A stretch of 63,939 nt of DNA, filler included, from an uncultured Acidimicrobiia bacterium (GTDB taxonomy: Bacteria > Actinomycetota > Acidimicrobiia > Spongiisociales > JAOTWH01), in assembly GCA_964347285.1 (NCBI GenBank). It is 14 parts of 14 records of this genome, joined end to end, with 100 filler letters (N's around TTAATTAATTAA, not from the genome) between each part and the next. Parts side by side here need not be neighbours in the genome. Positions count along the whole stretch, not along the records: positions 1 to 5,536 come from CAYFYE010000134.1; positions 5,637 to 11,123 come from CAYFYE010000135.1; 12 more parts are not named here. One strand, given 5' to 3'. The notes beneath the pieces are model-generated. The model did not search any database and was not told the DNA's origin. It was given only the letters and a program-made list of their open reading frames with translations. Of the stretch, positions 1 through 9,857 are shown in pieces. Position numbers and translations under genes: made by a program. Positions within the stretch are counted from its first letter, which is position 1; every line of letters starts with the position of its first letter.

Positions 1-2
1 AC

Positions 3-146
3 GGGGCCGACACCCCGGCGGTGTTCCGGCCCTCCAACCTGACCTTCTACTTCCGCCACACCCTGACCCAGGGCGTGGCCGATAGCCAGTTCGTCTTCGG
101 GGAGAGCGCCCTCTTGCCGGTGGCGGGGGCTTTAGGGACGGGCTAG
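3..146 (+). CDS. C-terminal fragment of a secreted repeat protein (FG-GAP/VCBS-like repeat module)
   Basis: Hand translation GADTPAVFRPSNLTFYFRHTLTQGVADSQFVFGESALLPVAGALGTG*; same repeat type as the N-terminal module of 59331..60734; truncated by window start. Confidence 0.7.
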   Translation, partial: GADTPAVFRPSNLTFYFRHTLTQGVADSQFVFGESALLPVAGALGTG

Positions 147-700
147 CGGGTACCACCTCTCGAGTCCCAGCCGTGAGCCTTGGCGCGTGGGCAGGTGGCG
201 CTTCTGGCGGTTCTCCCACCTCCGATCAGTTGGCGGCCCGCTACCAGTAGCCAGGAGGTTCCGGTCCTTGTCGACGGTGATCCGTGCTCCCTTGTGCAGA
301 GCGTCGGGCAACTGTCGCCGCTCGCGCACCGGTGTCAAGACGCTCTGTTGTCTTGGGTATTGCACCGTTTCTGTTCTTGACAGTTCCGCCTGCGACGGGT
401 TCGACAATACGGCTCCGTGCCGGCGCCGAAAGCGCCACGTATGCTCGGGAGATCGACGGCGCAAGCGTACGCGCCGTCGCACCGGCCCCCTTTTCGGTGG
501 CTGCCTCCCTTGATCCTCACCGGCACGGGAGGCCCGGGACCACACCGGCAGAACGAGAAGGAGGAGGGATCGAGAGTGCCGTCGGGCATCGAGAACGGCC
601 CGGCAACCGGACGAGTCGGCGGCTGGTCCCGGATCGGTGACTGAGAGGGGGCGCCCGAGATGGTCGACACCCAGGCGGTTCGACCTTGGAGGTGCAAGAG

Positions 701-1009
701 ATGAAATACGTGCTGACTTGGTGGGAGCGGCCCGGTGGGTCGCATGCCGACTACGAGGCGGCGCAGCGGCGGGTTCTGGATGTCTTCGAGAAGTGGCCGA
801 TGCCGGAGAGCCTCACATTCCACCAGTTCCTGGTCCGCGTCGGGGAGTTCGGCGGTTACGCGGTCATCGAGACCGGCGACATTGCCGACGTGCACAAGCT
901 GACGACAGCCTTCGCAGTCTTCCGGTTCCGCCTCGAGCCCGTGTTGGACGTCATGGATGCTGTGGCAGCCGAGTCCGAGGCGATGGCGTGGCGAGCCGCG
1001 GCGGCGTGA
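701..1009 (+). CDS. DUF3303-like small protein
   Basis: MKYVLTW...FHQFLVRVGEFGGYAVIET...PVLD pattern; GGAGG RBS upstream of ATG 701. Confidence 0.7.
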   Translation: MKYVLTWWERPGGSHADYEAAQRRVLDVFEKWPMPESLTFHQFLVRVGEFGGYAVIETGDIADVHKLTTAFAVFRFRLEPVLDVMDAVAAESEAMAWRAAAA

Positions 1010-1297
1010 GCGCCGTTGCCCGGTAGGCAGGGCCCGGATCGTCCGCAGCTCCGGCACGGTTGGTCACTCGCCTGAGGCGGACGCCGCGGCTTGAGATTGC
1101 GCCGGGTCGGGAATCCCTGCCCGTCCGACAGTTCTGCCCGGTAACGATGTGAGCCACGGCGCCGGTTCATTAGCGACGACGGGAGGTTGACGGCTTCGCT
1201 CGGCGTTCGTCCCGCGCCTCTATTGCGTGACCCCGGCGGCGATCATCGCCTACCCGCAGGGCGGGAACTCAGGCTTGGCTCGGGTGGAGAACGACGC

Positions 1298-1484
1298 GGC
1301 ACTCTTGATCGCGGCCTGTCAGCACCCAAAGGTCATCAGGAACGCCTGGGCCATGCCTCGATCCGGACCATCCTCGACACCTACGGCACTTGTTTGAGGG
1401 CTTGGATGAGGCTGCAGCAGCGGCAATGGACGCCAGCTGGCGAGATTCTCTGGCGGAGTCCTTCGGGACTTTTCGATCCGACTA
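1298..1484 (+). pseudogene. Frameshifted C-terminal remnant of a tyrosine recombinase/integrase
   Basis: Across two frameshifts reads ALLIAACQHPKVI/QERLGHASIRTILDTYG/LFEGLDEAAAAAMDA; LGH...Y is box II of tyrosine recombinases. Confidence 0.75.
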
Positions 1485-1543
1485 GCCGCATGTCAACGCC
1501 GGTCGAAAACTGCGCGGTTTTGGCCGGTTGAAAACTGCGCGGT

Positions 1544-2311
1544 CTATCGGGTCTCTTCGGCAGCCATCACCTCCTTCCCCTTGCCCCTGAGGCGGTAGCT
1601 CTCTCCCTTGAGGACGACTACCTCGGCGTGGTGGACGAGGCGGTCGACCATGGCGGCCACCGCCACCGCGTCCCCGAAGATCTCGGCCCACGCGGAGAAG
1701 CTCTTGTTGGATGACACGATCAGGGAGCTGCGCTCGTAGCGGGACGAGACCAGGGAGAAGAAGAGCGAGGCGGCTTCTGGGTCGAAGGGGATGTATCCCA
1801 CCTCGTCGACGATGAGGAGGGGAATCCTGCCCAGGCGTGCCAGCTCGTCGGTGAGCCTTTCGGCCCGCTTGGCCTCGGAGAGTCGCATCACCCACTCGGT
1901 GGCGGTGGCGAAAGCCACCCGGTAGCCCCTGCGGGCGGCCTGGACCCCCAAGGCGATGGAGAGGTGGGTCTTGCCGGTTCCCGGTGGGCCCAGAAAGATG
2001 ACGTTCTTCGCCTCCCGGAGGAAGTCCAACTGATGGAGGTGTGAGACCTGTTGGCGGCTCACCGACCGCTGGTGGGAGAAGTCGAAGTCGTCCAAGGTCT
2101 TTGTCTGGGGGAACCGGGCGGCCTTGACCCGGTTCTGCCCGCCGTGGGTCTCTCGGGAGGCGACCTCTTCGGACAGCAGCTTGGCCAAGAACTCCAAGTA
2201 GTCCCATCCCTCCGACCGGGCCGCCTCGGCCAACGAGGAAGCCACTTCCCGGGCGCGAGGCATCTTGAGGGCCCTGGTGAGGTAGGCGACGTCGGTGGAG
2301 ATGCCGCTCAT
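1544..2311 (-). CDS. istB: IS21 helper ATPase
   Basis: Walker A GPPGTGKT, LLIVDEVGY, DRLVHHA; ATGA overlap with istA. Confidence 0.95.
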   Translation of the reverse strand: MSGISTDVAYLTRALKMPRAREVASSLAEAARSEGWDYLEFLAKLLSEEVASRETHGGQNRVKAARFPQTKTLDDFDFSHQRSVSRQQVSHLHQLDFLREAKNVIFLGPPGTGKTHLSIALGVQAARRGYRVAFATATEWVMRLSEAKRAERLTDELARLGRIPLLIVDEVGYIPFDPEAASLFFSLVSSRYERSSLIVSSNKSFSAWAEIFGDAVAVAAMVDRLVHHAEVVVLKGESYRLRGKGKEVMAAEETR

Positions 2312-3531
2312 GGCGCCATCTCCGCCAAGGCGTCGTAGCGGGCCAGGTCGACCGCTGGGATCTCGGGATCGGCGGCCCGGAGGCGACCCTCGGCCTCCCG
2401 GGCCAGGCGCAGGGCTCTGACGTGGGCCGCATCCAACACAACGTCGGCCGGCACGAAGCTTCTCCGATGGCGAGCGATCTCTTGGCCTTCGCAAGAGATC
2501 ACCACCTGTTCCCATGAGCTGCGCACTTGCAGGCGACGGCCGCTGAGACCAGGCGGCACCGAGTAATCCACATCCCCCACCCGACAGAAGCCGTCCTTGG
2601 TCACCCGCACCTCGGCGTGGCGGTCAGTGTCGGGGAAGGGATCGGGCAGCGGAGCAAGGAACCCCTGTTCCACTGACCAGGCATCTCCTACCCGAGCTCC
2701 CACCCGGCGGTGGTGGCGCCGGAAGGCCACCTCGTGGGCCCACCGGTCGTGTTGGGCCTGGAGATCAGCCAGGTCCTCGAAGGACCGCAGCGGGAGGAAG
2801 GAACGCTCCAGATATCCCACCGTGCGTTCCACCTGGCCCTTCGATTCGGGTGTGCGCGGCTTGAGAATGATGGGTCGGATCCGCAAGGTCCCGAGAAATG
2901 CCGTCACTTCAGGGTGGGGGCGAGCGGGCCGGGAGTGGGGCACCACGATGGAGGAGTCCCGGTCCACCACCACCGCCTCGGGCACTCCTTCCAGTCGACG
3001 CAAGGTCCCGGCGAAGGCCGCCAAGAAGTCCATCATCTGCTTGGAGAAACAGAACACCGCGGCGTGAGCGGCCGAGTGGGGAAGCGTGGTCACCAGGCCA
3101 AAGACCTGGCGAGAGGTTCCCTTGCCTACCGGGACCGTCAGCGGAGGCTCCCACCAGTCGGTGTGGGCCAGCTCCCCGGGCAGATAGCTGGTGCGCTGGT
3201 AGCTCTTCGCACCCACAAAGAGGGGACGGACTTCTTGGAGGTAGTCCTTCACGATGGTGATCCCACCCTGGTAGCCCTCGGGGCGGAGGCGCTCCACGAT
3301 CACCCGGGCCGAGGCGGTGGGATCGGTGTCCAACATCTTGGTGATGGAGCCCTTGTGAGGATCGAGCTTCGATCCTCTGGACCTGCGCTGGTAACGGGGA
3401 GGAGCGGTGAGCTCGAGGAGCCGGGTCACCGTATTGCGGCTCATCCCCAACTTCTCGGCGATCTTTGTCTTGGCCCAACCTTCTCTGTGAAAGAGACGGT
3501 GGACCTCGGCCCAGTGCTGCACTTCATACAC
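2308..3531 (-). CDS. istA: IS21 DDE transposase
   Basis: N-terminal HTH (IAEKLGMSRNTV), PGELAHTDW, VVVDRD, PESKGQVER; GTG start with GGAGGAAGG RBS. Confidence 0.95.
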   Translation of the reverse strand: MYEVQHWAEVHRLFHREGWAKTKIAEKLGMSRNTVTRLLELTAPPRYQRRSRGSKLDPHKGSITKMLDTDPTASARVIVERLRPEGYQGGITIVKDYLQEVRPLFVGAKSYQRTSYLPGELAHTDWWEPPLTVPVGKGTSRQVFGLVTTLPHSAAHAAVFCFSKQMMDFLAAFAGTLRRLEGVPEAVVVDRDSSIVVPHSRPARPHPEVTAFLGTLRIRPIILKPRTPESKGQVERTVGYLERSFLPLRSFEDLADLQAQHDRWAHEVAFRRHHRRVGARVGDAWSVEQGFLAPLPDPFPDTDRHAEVRVTKDGFCRVGDVDYSVPPGLSGRRLQVRSSWEQVVISCEGQEIARHRRSFVPADVVLDAAHVRALRLAREAEGRLRAADPEIPAVDLARYDALAEMAP

Positions 3532-4123
3532 CCTTCCTCCTCGGGTCCTGGTGGACCTCGAGGGTGGTCATCAACTGCTCTAGTTCCTGGGAACCGCGCA
3601 GTTTTCGACCGGCCAGAAGTGCTCAGTTTTCACCCGGCGTCGACATCCCGAGTCGAGGATCCGTGTTGTCCCCACATTCGAGACTGTCGTGTAGGGGGTT
3701 TCTGGGCTGGCGTCCCTGCCGTGTTGTCCTGTGACAGCTGGTTGCGGGCAGTTCGGTAGCAACTGGGTAGCAGGAAACGGGAGGTCGGCGACGGCACATC
3801 AGTGGATCGTCAGGGCTCCACCCGGACTGGCCTTGCGCAAGAGCGAGAGGGTGCTCCCAAGGACTCACCCTCGCCTTGGGAAGTGATGGTGGCGGCTGCC
3901 ATCGTGACGCGACAACAGCCCGATCCGCTAAAGCTCGCATCCGTCGATGAATTGTTTCGTTCGACCGCAGGACCGCGTGTGTGGTGGTCGCGGTGAGCCG
4001 TTGGAAGATCATGGCCGCCACCCAACTGCTCGCGCGACCGTGGCCACCCACATCCTGGGGTTCAAACGTCGAGATCGATGTTCTCGCCTGCTCGAGGCGA
4101 TTGCCAGCCCTTTTCTCAACGCG

Positions 4124-4891
4124 TCAGGACTGGCTCTTTCCTGTCGATGCTTCCACCCAGCGCAGGAGCTCGACCGGCAGCGGAAAGATGAGGGTGGAGT
4201 TCTTCTCAGCCGCGACGTCGGTCATCGTGGAGAGCACGCGCAGCTGCAAGGCTGCCGGATGTTCCTCCAGGACGGCGGCTGCTTCCCCCAGTTCCTGAGC
4301 CGCCTCCCGCTCGCCTTTGGCGTGAATCACCTTTGCCCTTCGCTCCCGTTCTGACTCGGCCTGGCGGGCCATGGCACGGCGCATGGCGTCGGGAAGCTCG
4401 ACGTCTTTCACCTCGACGAGGGTCACCTTCACGCCCCATGGGTCTGTGAGCTGGTCGATGATCTGTTGGAGGCGCTGGTTGATGTCGTCTCGTTTGATGA
4501 GAAGGTCGTCCAGATCGGCCTGCCCAATGATGCTGCGCAAGGTGGTCTGAGCCACCTGGCCGGTCCCAAACTCGAAGTCTTCGATGGCTATGACCGCCTT
4601 GACAGCGTCGACCACGTTGAAATAGGCGACCGCGTTCACCCGAACGGTTACGTTGTCCTTAGTAATGATGTCCTGAGGTGGGATATCCAGCGTCCTGGTC
4701 CGGAGCCCGACTCGCACCATCCGATCCACGATCGGAATGATGAAGAACAGTCCTGGACCCTTAGCCCCAATCACCCGTCCGAGTCGGAAGATCACCCCGC
4801 GCTCGTACTCCCTGACTATCCGGATGGCGGAGATGAATATGACCAGCGCCACCACCAGGGCAATCACGAGGCCAACCATTGCATCGCTCAT
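4124..4891 (-). CDS. SPFH/stomatin-like (slipin) membrane protein
   Basis: N-terminal [27 protein letters not shown]-like coiled coil. Confidence 0.92.
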   Translation of the reverse strand: MSDAMVGLVIALVVALVIFISAIRIVREYERGVIFRLGRVIGAKGPGLFFIIPIVDRMVRVGLRTRTLDIPPQDIITKDNVTVRVNAVAYFNVVDAVKAVIAIEDFEFGTGQVAQTTLRSIIGQADLDDLLIKRDDINQRLQQIIDQLTDPWGVKVTLVEVKDVELPDAMRRAMARQAESERERRAKVIHAKGEREAAQELGEAAAVLEEHPAALQLRVLSTMTDVAAEKNSTLIFPLPVELLRWVEASTGKSQS

Positions 4892-5536
4892 GACTCTTCC
4901 TCCTTGGTATCGACGATTAGCTCCAGTCCTTCGGCAGCAACCACGATGACGGTTTGACCCTCGGTCAGGCGCCCGTTTCGGCTTCTAACCCTCCACCACG
5001 CACCCTCAACGAAGGCCTCTCCGGACGGGCCCTCCGAAACGCCGACGACCGCCTCTCGACCGATCAACGCTTCCAGACCGGAGACGCTGGGCGCCCGCCG
5101 GGCGCGCCAGGTCAAGCGTGCGGCGAGGAGCACACCCGCCCCGACGACCAGGGCCACGGGCCACAACACGGCCGGACTGACCCCGTACGGGCCTTCGAAG
5201 AGGAACAGCCCGCCCAGTAGGAGCGCGATAGTCCCACCAGCGCCGAGGACACCAATGCCGGGAACGAACAGTTCGCCTATGAAGAGCCCTGCGGCCAGGA
5301 TCAGCAGCGCCGCCCCCGCAGCGTTGACGGGCAGCACCGCGAGGGAGAAGAAACCCAGGATCAGCAGGATCACGCCGATGATCCCAGCCAGGCCTAGTCC
5401 CGGGTTGGCCACCTCGTAGATGACGGCCAGCGTGCCGAGCGAGATGAACAGAAACGCCAGGTTGGGATCAGCCAGGAGCCTCAGAACGTTGCGGAAGAAG
5501 CCCGGGTCGTAAGTCTCGATTCCTGCGCCCCCGGTT
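4888..5536 (-). CDS. NfeD-family membrane protein (N-terminally truncated)
   Basis: Hydrophobic PG-GV-G segments, C-terminal OB fold [12 protein letters not shown]; directly upstream of slipin; runs into linker. Confidence 0.88.
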
Positions 5537-5636
5537 NNNNNNNNNNNNNNNNNNNNNNNNNNNNNNNNNNNNNNNNNNNNTTAATTAATTAANNNNNNNN
5601 NNNNNNNNNNNNNNNNNNNNNNNNNNNNNNNNNNNN
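5537..5636. other. Artificial contig linker (first of 13)
   Basis: N44-TTAATTAATTAA-N44; also at 11124, 16652, 21921, 26980, 31859, 36733, 41425, 45750, 50065, 54336, 58313, 62237. Confidence 0.99.
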
Positions 5637-6576
5637 AGCCGATTCCGATCGGGAACTGATTGACATCGTCGCCACGGCGGCGCGGCGGATGGGCCGCAGC
5701 GAGAAGCGGTGGGACCAGGTGTCGTGGGAGCTCCACCTGCAGCTGCCTGGAGGGGAACGCCTCCATGCCGTGTTGGGACTAACGGGTCGGCCGGCGATCA
5801 CCATCCGCCGTCACGATTTCACCATCCATCGGCTCCGCCACCTCGTTGATCTGGGGGTCGTCGACGAGGGGCTGGCCGCGTTCTTGGCCGCCGCGGTGCG
5901 GGCGAAGCTGAACCTCATCGTCGCCGGGGGCACCAACACCGGCAAGACCACCATGCTCCGTTGCCTGCTGAACGAGATCCCACCCGAAGAGCGGGTGGTC
6001 ACCGTGGAGGACAATCTCGAGATCGGCCTGGATCGGTTCTTGGACCTCCACCCCGACCAGGTCACGTGGGAACGGCGGGGCGCCAACATCGAAGGCCGAG
6101 GCGAGGCGACCCTCGCCGACTGCGTCCGGGCCACGCTGCGGCAGAACCCCGACCGGGTCATCGTCGGTGAGATTCGAGGGCCCGAGGTGGTCGACATGCT
6201 GCGGGCGATGTCGCAGGGCAACGACGGGTCGATGTCGTCGATTCACGCCGATTCCTCCAAGGGCGCCATCGTTCGCCTCGGCATGTACACCGCAGAAGCC
6301 GGCCTCGACGAGGAAACCTCCAACAAGTGGATCGCCAACGCCGTCGATCTGATCATCCACCTCGGTTGGGTCGAGGGCGTGCGGCGAGTCACCTCGGTGC
6401 GGGAGGTACTCGAGGCCGAGGCCCGCCAGATCGCCACCAACGAGGTCTACCGACCGGCACCCGATGGCAGGGCAGTCCCTGCCCCCGGGCCGACGATCCG
6501 CAGCGACACCCTGGCCCGCCTGGTCGCCGCCGGCTTCGACGCCTCCTATCTCGCCAGCCCGAGCGGGTGGTGGTGA
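5637..6576 (+). CDS. tadA: Tad pilus assembly ATPase CpaF/TadA (N-terminally truncated)
   Basis: GGTNTGKTT, VTVEDNLE, LRQNPDRVIVGEIRG, SSIHA. Confidence 0.92.
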
Positions 6577-7439
6577 GCATGCAGGCCCTACTCGCCGCCG
6601 GCCTTGGCGCACTCGCCGGTTTCGGACTGTGGTTGGGCATCACCGCAGTTAGGGGAGTACGGGTCGTCCCCTCCGCGTCGCGGTTGGTCCCCAAGGCGGT
6701 ACCGCCCGAGCGTGCCGTGGGGTGGCTGGCGACGGCTGTCGTCGCCGGTGTCGTGGTCGGCCTCGTCACCGGATGGCCGGTGGCGGGGCTCGGCACTGCC
6801 CTGGGCGTGCTTGCCGGCCCGGCCGCTCTCGGAGGCGCCGCCCGTCGGCAGGAGGAAACGGCCACTGCCGAAGCCATCGCCACCTGGGCGGAGATGGTTC
6901 GCGACACCATGGCCGGTGCTTCGGGTCTCGAGGAAACACTGATCGAGACCGCCGCCGTAGCCCCCGCAGCCATCAGCCCTCAGCTGCAGGCGTTCGTGCT
7001 GAGGCTCCGACACCAGCCACTCGAGGTTGCCTTGGACCGGCTGGCTGCCGAGCTCGACGACTCATCCGCCGACCTCATTGTTGCTTCCCTCGCCGCCGCC
7101 GCCCGCCTCGAGGCACGAGACCTAGGGAGCCTCCTTGCCCGCTTGGCCGAGGCGATCCGAGGCGACGTCCGCATGCGCACCCGGGTCGAAGTGGGACGAG
7201 CCCGGATCCGTACCTCTGCCCGCATCGCGGTTGCCACCACCGCCGCCACCGTTTTCTTCCTCTACCTGTTCGCCCGCCACCTTCTCGAGCCCTATGACAC
7301 CTCGGCCGGCCAGTTGTGGCTGGTGGTGGTAGTAGCGGTGTTCTTCGGTGCCGGGCTGATGCTGCACCACTACGGCCACCTCGAGGTACCGGAGCGGTTC
7401 ACCCTTCGCCGCACCCCTCACCAAGGGGCGCAGCGATGA
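6573..7439 (+). CDS. tadB: TadB-like T2SS F-domain membrane protein
   Basis: TM segments, AIATWAEMVRD...GLE, PYDT..GQ.WL; GTGA overlap with tadA. Confidence 0.85.
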   Translation: MSMQALLAAGLGALAGFGLWLGITAVRGVRVVPSASRLVPKAVPPERAVGWLATAVVAGVVVGLVTGWPVAGLGTALGVLAGPAALGGAARRQEETATAEAIATWAEMVRDTMAGASGLEETLIETAAVAPAAISPQLQAFVLRLRHQPLEVALDRLAAELDDSSADLIVASLAAAARLEARDLGSLLARLAEAIRGDVRMRTRVEVGRARIRTSARIAVATTAATVFFLYLFARHLLEPYDTSAGQLWLVVVVAVFFGAGLMLHHYGHLEVPERFTLRRTPHQGAQR

Positions 7440-8356
7440 CGCTGCTGGCAGTCATGGCCGCCGGCGCCCTGGCCGGGCTCGGCATTGTCCTCGTGGCCCG
7501 CGCCCTTTGGCCTCGACCGCTACCACTGGCCGCTGCACTCGCGGACCTGGAGCGACGCCGTTCGTCGCCAGAGGAGCTGGAGGCGGCGACGAGCGGCGGA
7601 CCCACCTATCGGATGGGGAGTGCGGCGCTCCGCCTCGTTGCAGGTACCGGTTGGGTTGACCTCGGTGGTCTCCGGCGTCGGCTGGGCGCTCTCGGTAAGC
7701 CGATCGAGAAGCATGCCTACGAGAAACTGGTGGGAGGGGTGGCTGGGCTGTTACTCCCGGTGATCTTCAGCCTGGGGCTGGCCGCCGCTGGTGTCGGGGT
7801 GTCTCCGGCTTTGACGGGCCTGGTGGCCGTGGGAGCCTCGGTCGCCGGCTTCACCTACCCCGACCTCCGATTGTCGGCTCGGATCGAACGCCGCCGCCGC
7901 GACTTTCGCCATTCGCTTTCTGCCTACCTCGACCTCGTCACCGTCATTCTCGCCGGCGGCGGGGGACTCGAGACCGCGCTCCAGACTGCGGCCGATCTCG
8001 GTGACGGTTGGTCATTCGCCGAGATTCGTGCTGCCCTCGACAGGGCCCGTCTCAGCAACCGAGCACCCTGGGACGTCTTCGAGGAGCTCGGAGAAGAGCT
8101 CGGTGTTGCCGAGCTCAGCGAGCTCGCCGCCTCGGCGCGCCTCGCCGGCGATCAAGGAGCCCGTATCCGCGCTTCCCTCGCCGCCAAGGCCGACTCCATG
8201 CGAGCCCGTCAGACCGCCGCCATCGAGGCCCAGGCGGAGGCCGCCACCGAGAAGATGTTGCTGCCGGTGGTCACCTTGGTCGTGGGCATGATCCTGTTCA
8301 TCGGCTTCGGCGTCGTCCAGGCCATCACCACTCCCGGCACCGTCCTCGCCCCGTGA
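7436..8356 (+). CDS. tadC: TadC-like T2SS F-domain membrane protein
   Basis: YLDLVTVILAGGGGLETAL, GARIRASL, C-terminal TM. Confidence 0.85.
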   Translation: MTLLAVMAAGALAGLGIVLVARALWPRPLPLAAALADLERRRSSPEELEAATSGGPTYRMGSAALRLVAGTGWVDLGGLRRRLGALGKPIEKHAYEKLVGGVAGLLLPVIFSLGLAAAGVGVSPALTGLVAVGASVAGFTYPDLRLSARIERRRRDFRHSLSAYLDLVTVILAGGGGLETALQTAADLGDGWSFAEIRAALDRARLSNRAPWDVFEELGEELGVAELSELAASARLAGDQGARIRASLAAKADSMRARQTAAIEAQAEAATEKMLLPVVTLVVGMILFIGFGVVQAITTPGTVLAP

Positions 8357-8421
8357 CGCCACAGAAAGGAACCAACGAGCAGATGCCCGACTAGGGCCCA
8401 TGAGAGAAGGGAGCATTCACC

Positions 8422-8640
8422 ATGTCCGTCTACATCGACTACGCCCGCCTGCTGATCGAAGTCGGCCTTGCCCAAATCGGGATCAAGGTCCGTGACGAGC
8501 GGGGGGCGATGTCAACCGAAGCAGCCATCATCACCGGCGTCCTCGTGGCCATCGCCGTTGCCGCTGGCGTGATCCTCATCGCCAAGATGCGGTCGAACGC
8601 CGAGGCGATTCCCGACAACGTCTCCCCGCCGAGCAATTGA
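8422..8640 (+). CDS. Flp-type pilin
   Basis: DERG/AMSTEAAII prepilin motif with hydrophobic helix; AAGGGAG RBS. Confidence 0.8.
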   Translation: MSVYIDYARLLIEVGLAQIGIKVRDERGAMSTEAAIITGVLVAIAVAAGVILIAKMRSNAEAIPDNVSPPSN

Positions 8641-8657
8641 TCGGAACTGGCGGAGCG

Positions 8658-9034
8658 ATGAGAGCGAGCCGGCACCGACGCGAGGCGGGGCTCGCCTCCA
8701 CCGAGCTGGCCGTGCTGATGCCCGTTCTCATTGCGCTCGTTCTTGTTCCGTTCCAAGTCGGCCTGTGGTGGCACGCCAAGCAGGTCGCTGACGCCGCCGC
8801 CCGAGAGGCGGTAGACGCGGCTCAGGTGGTCGCTGCTTCGGAAGCCGATGGAGTGAGAGCCGCTCGGCGATTTCTCGATGCCGCCGGCAACATCGAGGAG
8901 CCCCAGGTGAGCGTCGTCCGTACCGCCGACACCGTGACCGTCGAGGTCAGCGGGCGAGCACCCCGACNNNNNNNNNNGTTACCGCCCGTGCCGTCGCCCC
9001 GCTCGAACGCTTCATCCCGGAACCGGACCGATGA
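8658..9034 (+). CDS. TadE-like pseudopilin (spans a 10-N gap at 8968-8977)
   Basis: EAG/LASTELAVLMP, AAREA; frame after the gap gives VTARAVAPLERFIPEPDR* ending at 9034. Confidence 0.8.
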
Positions 9035-9459
9035 TGGGCGTCCGCGATGAACGAGGGGCGGTATCGACCGAGTTGGCGGTCCTCGCACCGCTGTTCATCG
9101 GGTTCATGCTGCTCGTCGTATTCTCGGGGCGGGTCGCTCAAGCCGAAGGCGATGTTGCCCACGCCGCCCATGAGGCGGCCCGGGCCGCCTCCCTTGCGGG
9201 CAGCCCGATGTCCGCAGTCCAAAGTGCGCAGGAAGCGGCCGCCGCCAACATCGCCATCGGCAGCGTGGCCTGCCACCACCTCGACGTTTCGGTCGATACC
9301 ACCAACTTCGGGGCTGGGGGGCAAGTGGTGGTCACCGTGTCGTGTGAGGCGACCTTCTCCGATGTCACCATGCTTGCCGTCCCTGGCGGTCGCACCTTCG
9401 CCGCCACTGCCGTCGAGGTCGTCGACACCTACCGCGCCGAAGAGGGGAGCCACCCATGA
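9031..9459 (+). CDS. TadE-like pseudopilin
   Basis: DERG/AVSTELAVLAP, AAHEAARAAS, Cys pair, VVDTYR. Confidence 0.85.
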   Translation: MMGVRDERGAVSTELAVLAPLFIGFMLLVVFSGRVAQAEGDVAHAAHEAARAASLAGSPMSAVQSAQEAAAANIAIGSVACHHLDVSVDTTNFGAGGQVVVTVSCEATFSDVTMLAVPGGRTFAATAVEVVDTYRAEEGSHP

Positions 9460-9857
9460 GCGGCGCCGCTTCCAAGGAACGAGGGGCCGTCTCCACCTTC
9501 CTCGCAGTGATCGCTCTCGCCCTGCTGATGGCAGCGGGGCTCGCTATCGACGGCGGCCGCAAGGTGACCGCGCTGCGGGAGGCAAGCCACCTGGCCGACA
9601 ACGCAGCTCGGGCCGGTGCTCAGGCCGTTGACCTGGACACGCTGCGCGCCACCGGACACCTGCGCCTGTTGCCTGAACAGGTCGCCACCAGAGTCGACCA
9701 ACACCTCGCTCCACTCGGCCACTCCGCCAACGTCACGGTGGCCGGAGATACGGTCACGGTGACCGTCAGCCTCACCGTCGTCCCTCTTTTCCTGCCCACC
9801 GGGCCGATCACTGTCACCGCCACCGAGACCGCCGCCGCCGTTACCGAGGAGCCCTGA
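9456..9857 (+). CDS. TadG-like pilus protein
   Basis: ERG/AVSTF, GLAIDGG, AARAGAQ. Confidence 0.8.
   Translation: MSGAASKERGAVSTFLAVIALALLMAAGLAIDGGRKVTALREASHLADNAARAGAQAVDLDTLRATGHLRLLPEQVATRVDQHLAPLGHSANVTVAGDTVTVTVSLTVVPLFLPTGPITVTATETAAAVTEEP

Larger units (their letters stand above)
1491..3645 (-). mobile_element. IS21-family insertion sequence, complete
   Basis: TGTCAACGCCGG...CCGGCGTCGACA ends; ~53-bp imperfect inverted repeats each with two GAAAACTG motifs; istA-istB inside. Confidence 0.95.

Noticed and set aside
1100..1130. tRNA-3'-like/att sequence near the integrase remnant
   Set aside because: No intact GTTCRA T-loop or cloverleaf; resemblance too weak
3646..4123. ORFs and an 11-bp direct repeat CCGTGTTGTCC (3661, 3719) right of the IS21
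   Set aside because: No recognisable protein motifs or coding-like codon bias; only two short copies
8968..8977. Apparent frameshift in the first TadE gene
   Set aside because: Caused by a 10-N placeholder gap of unknown true length
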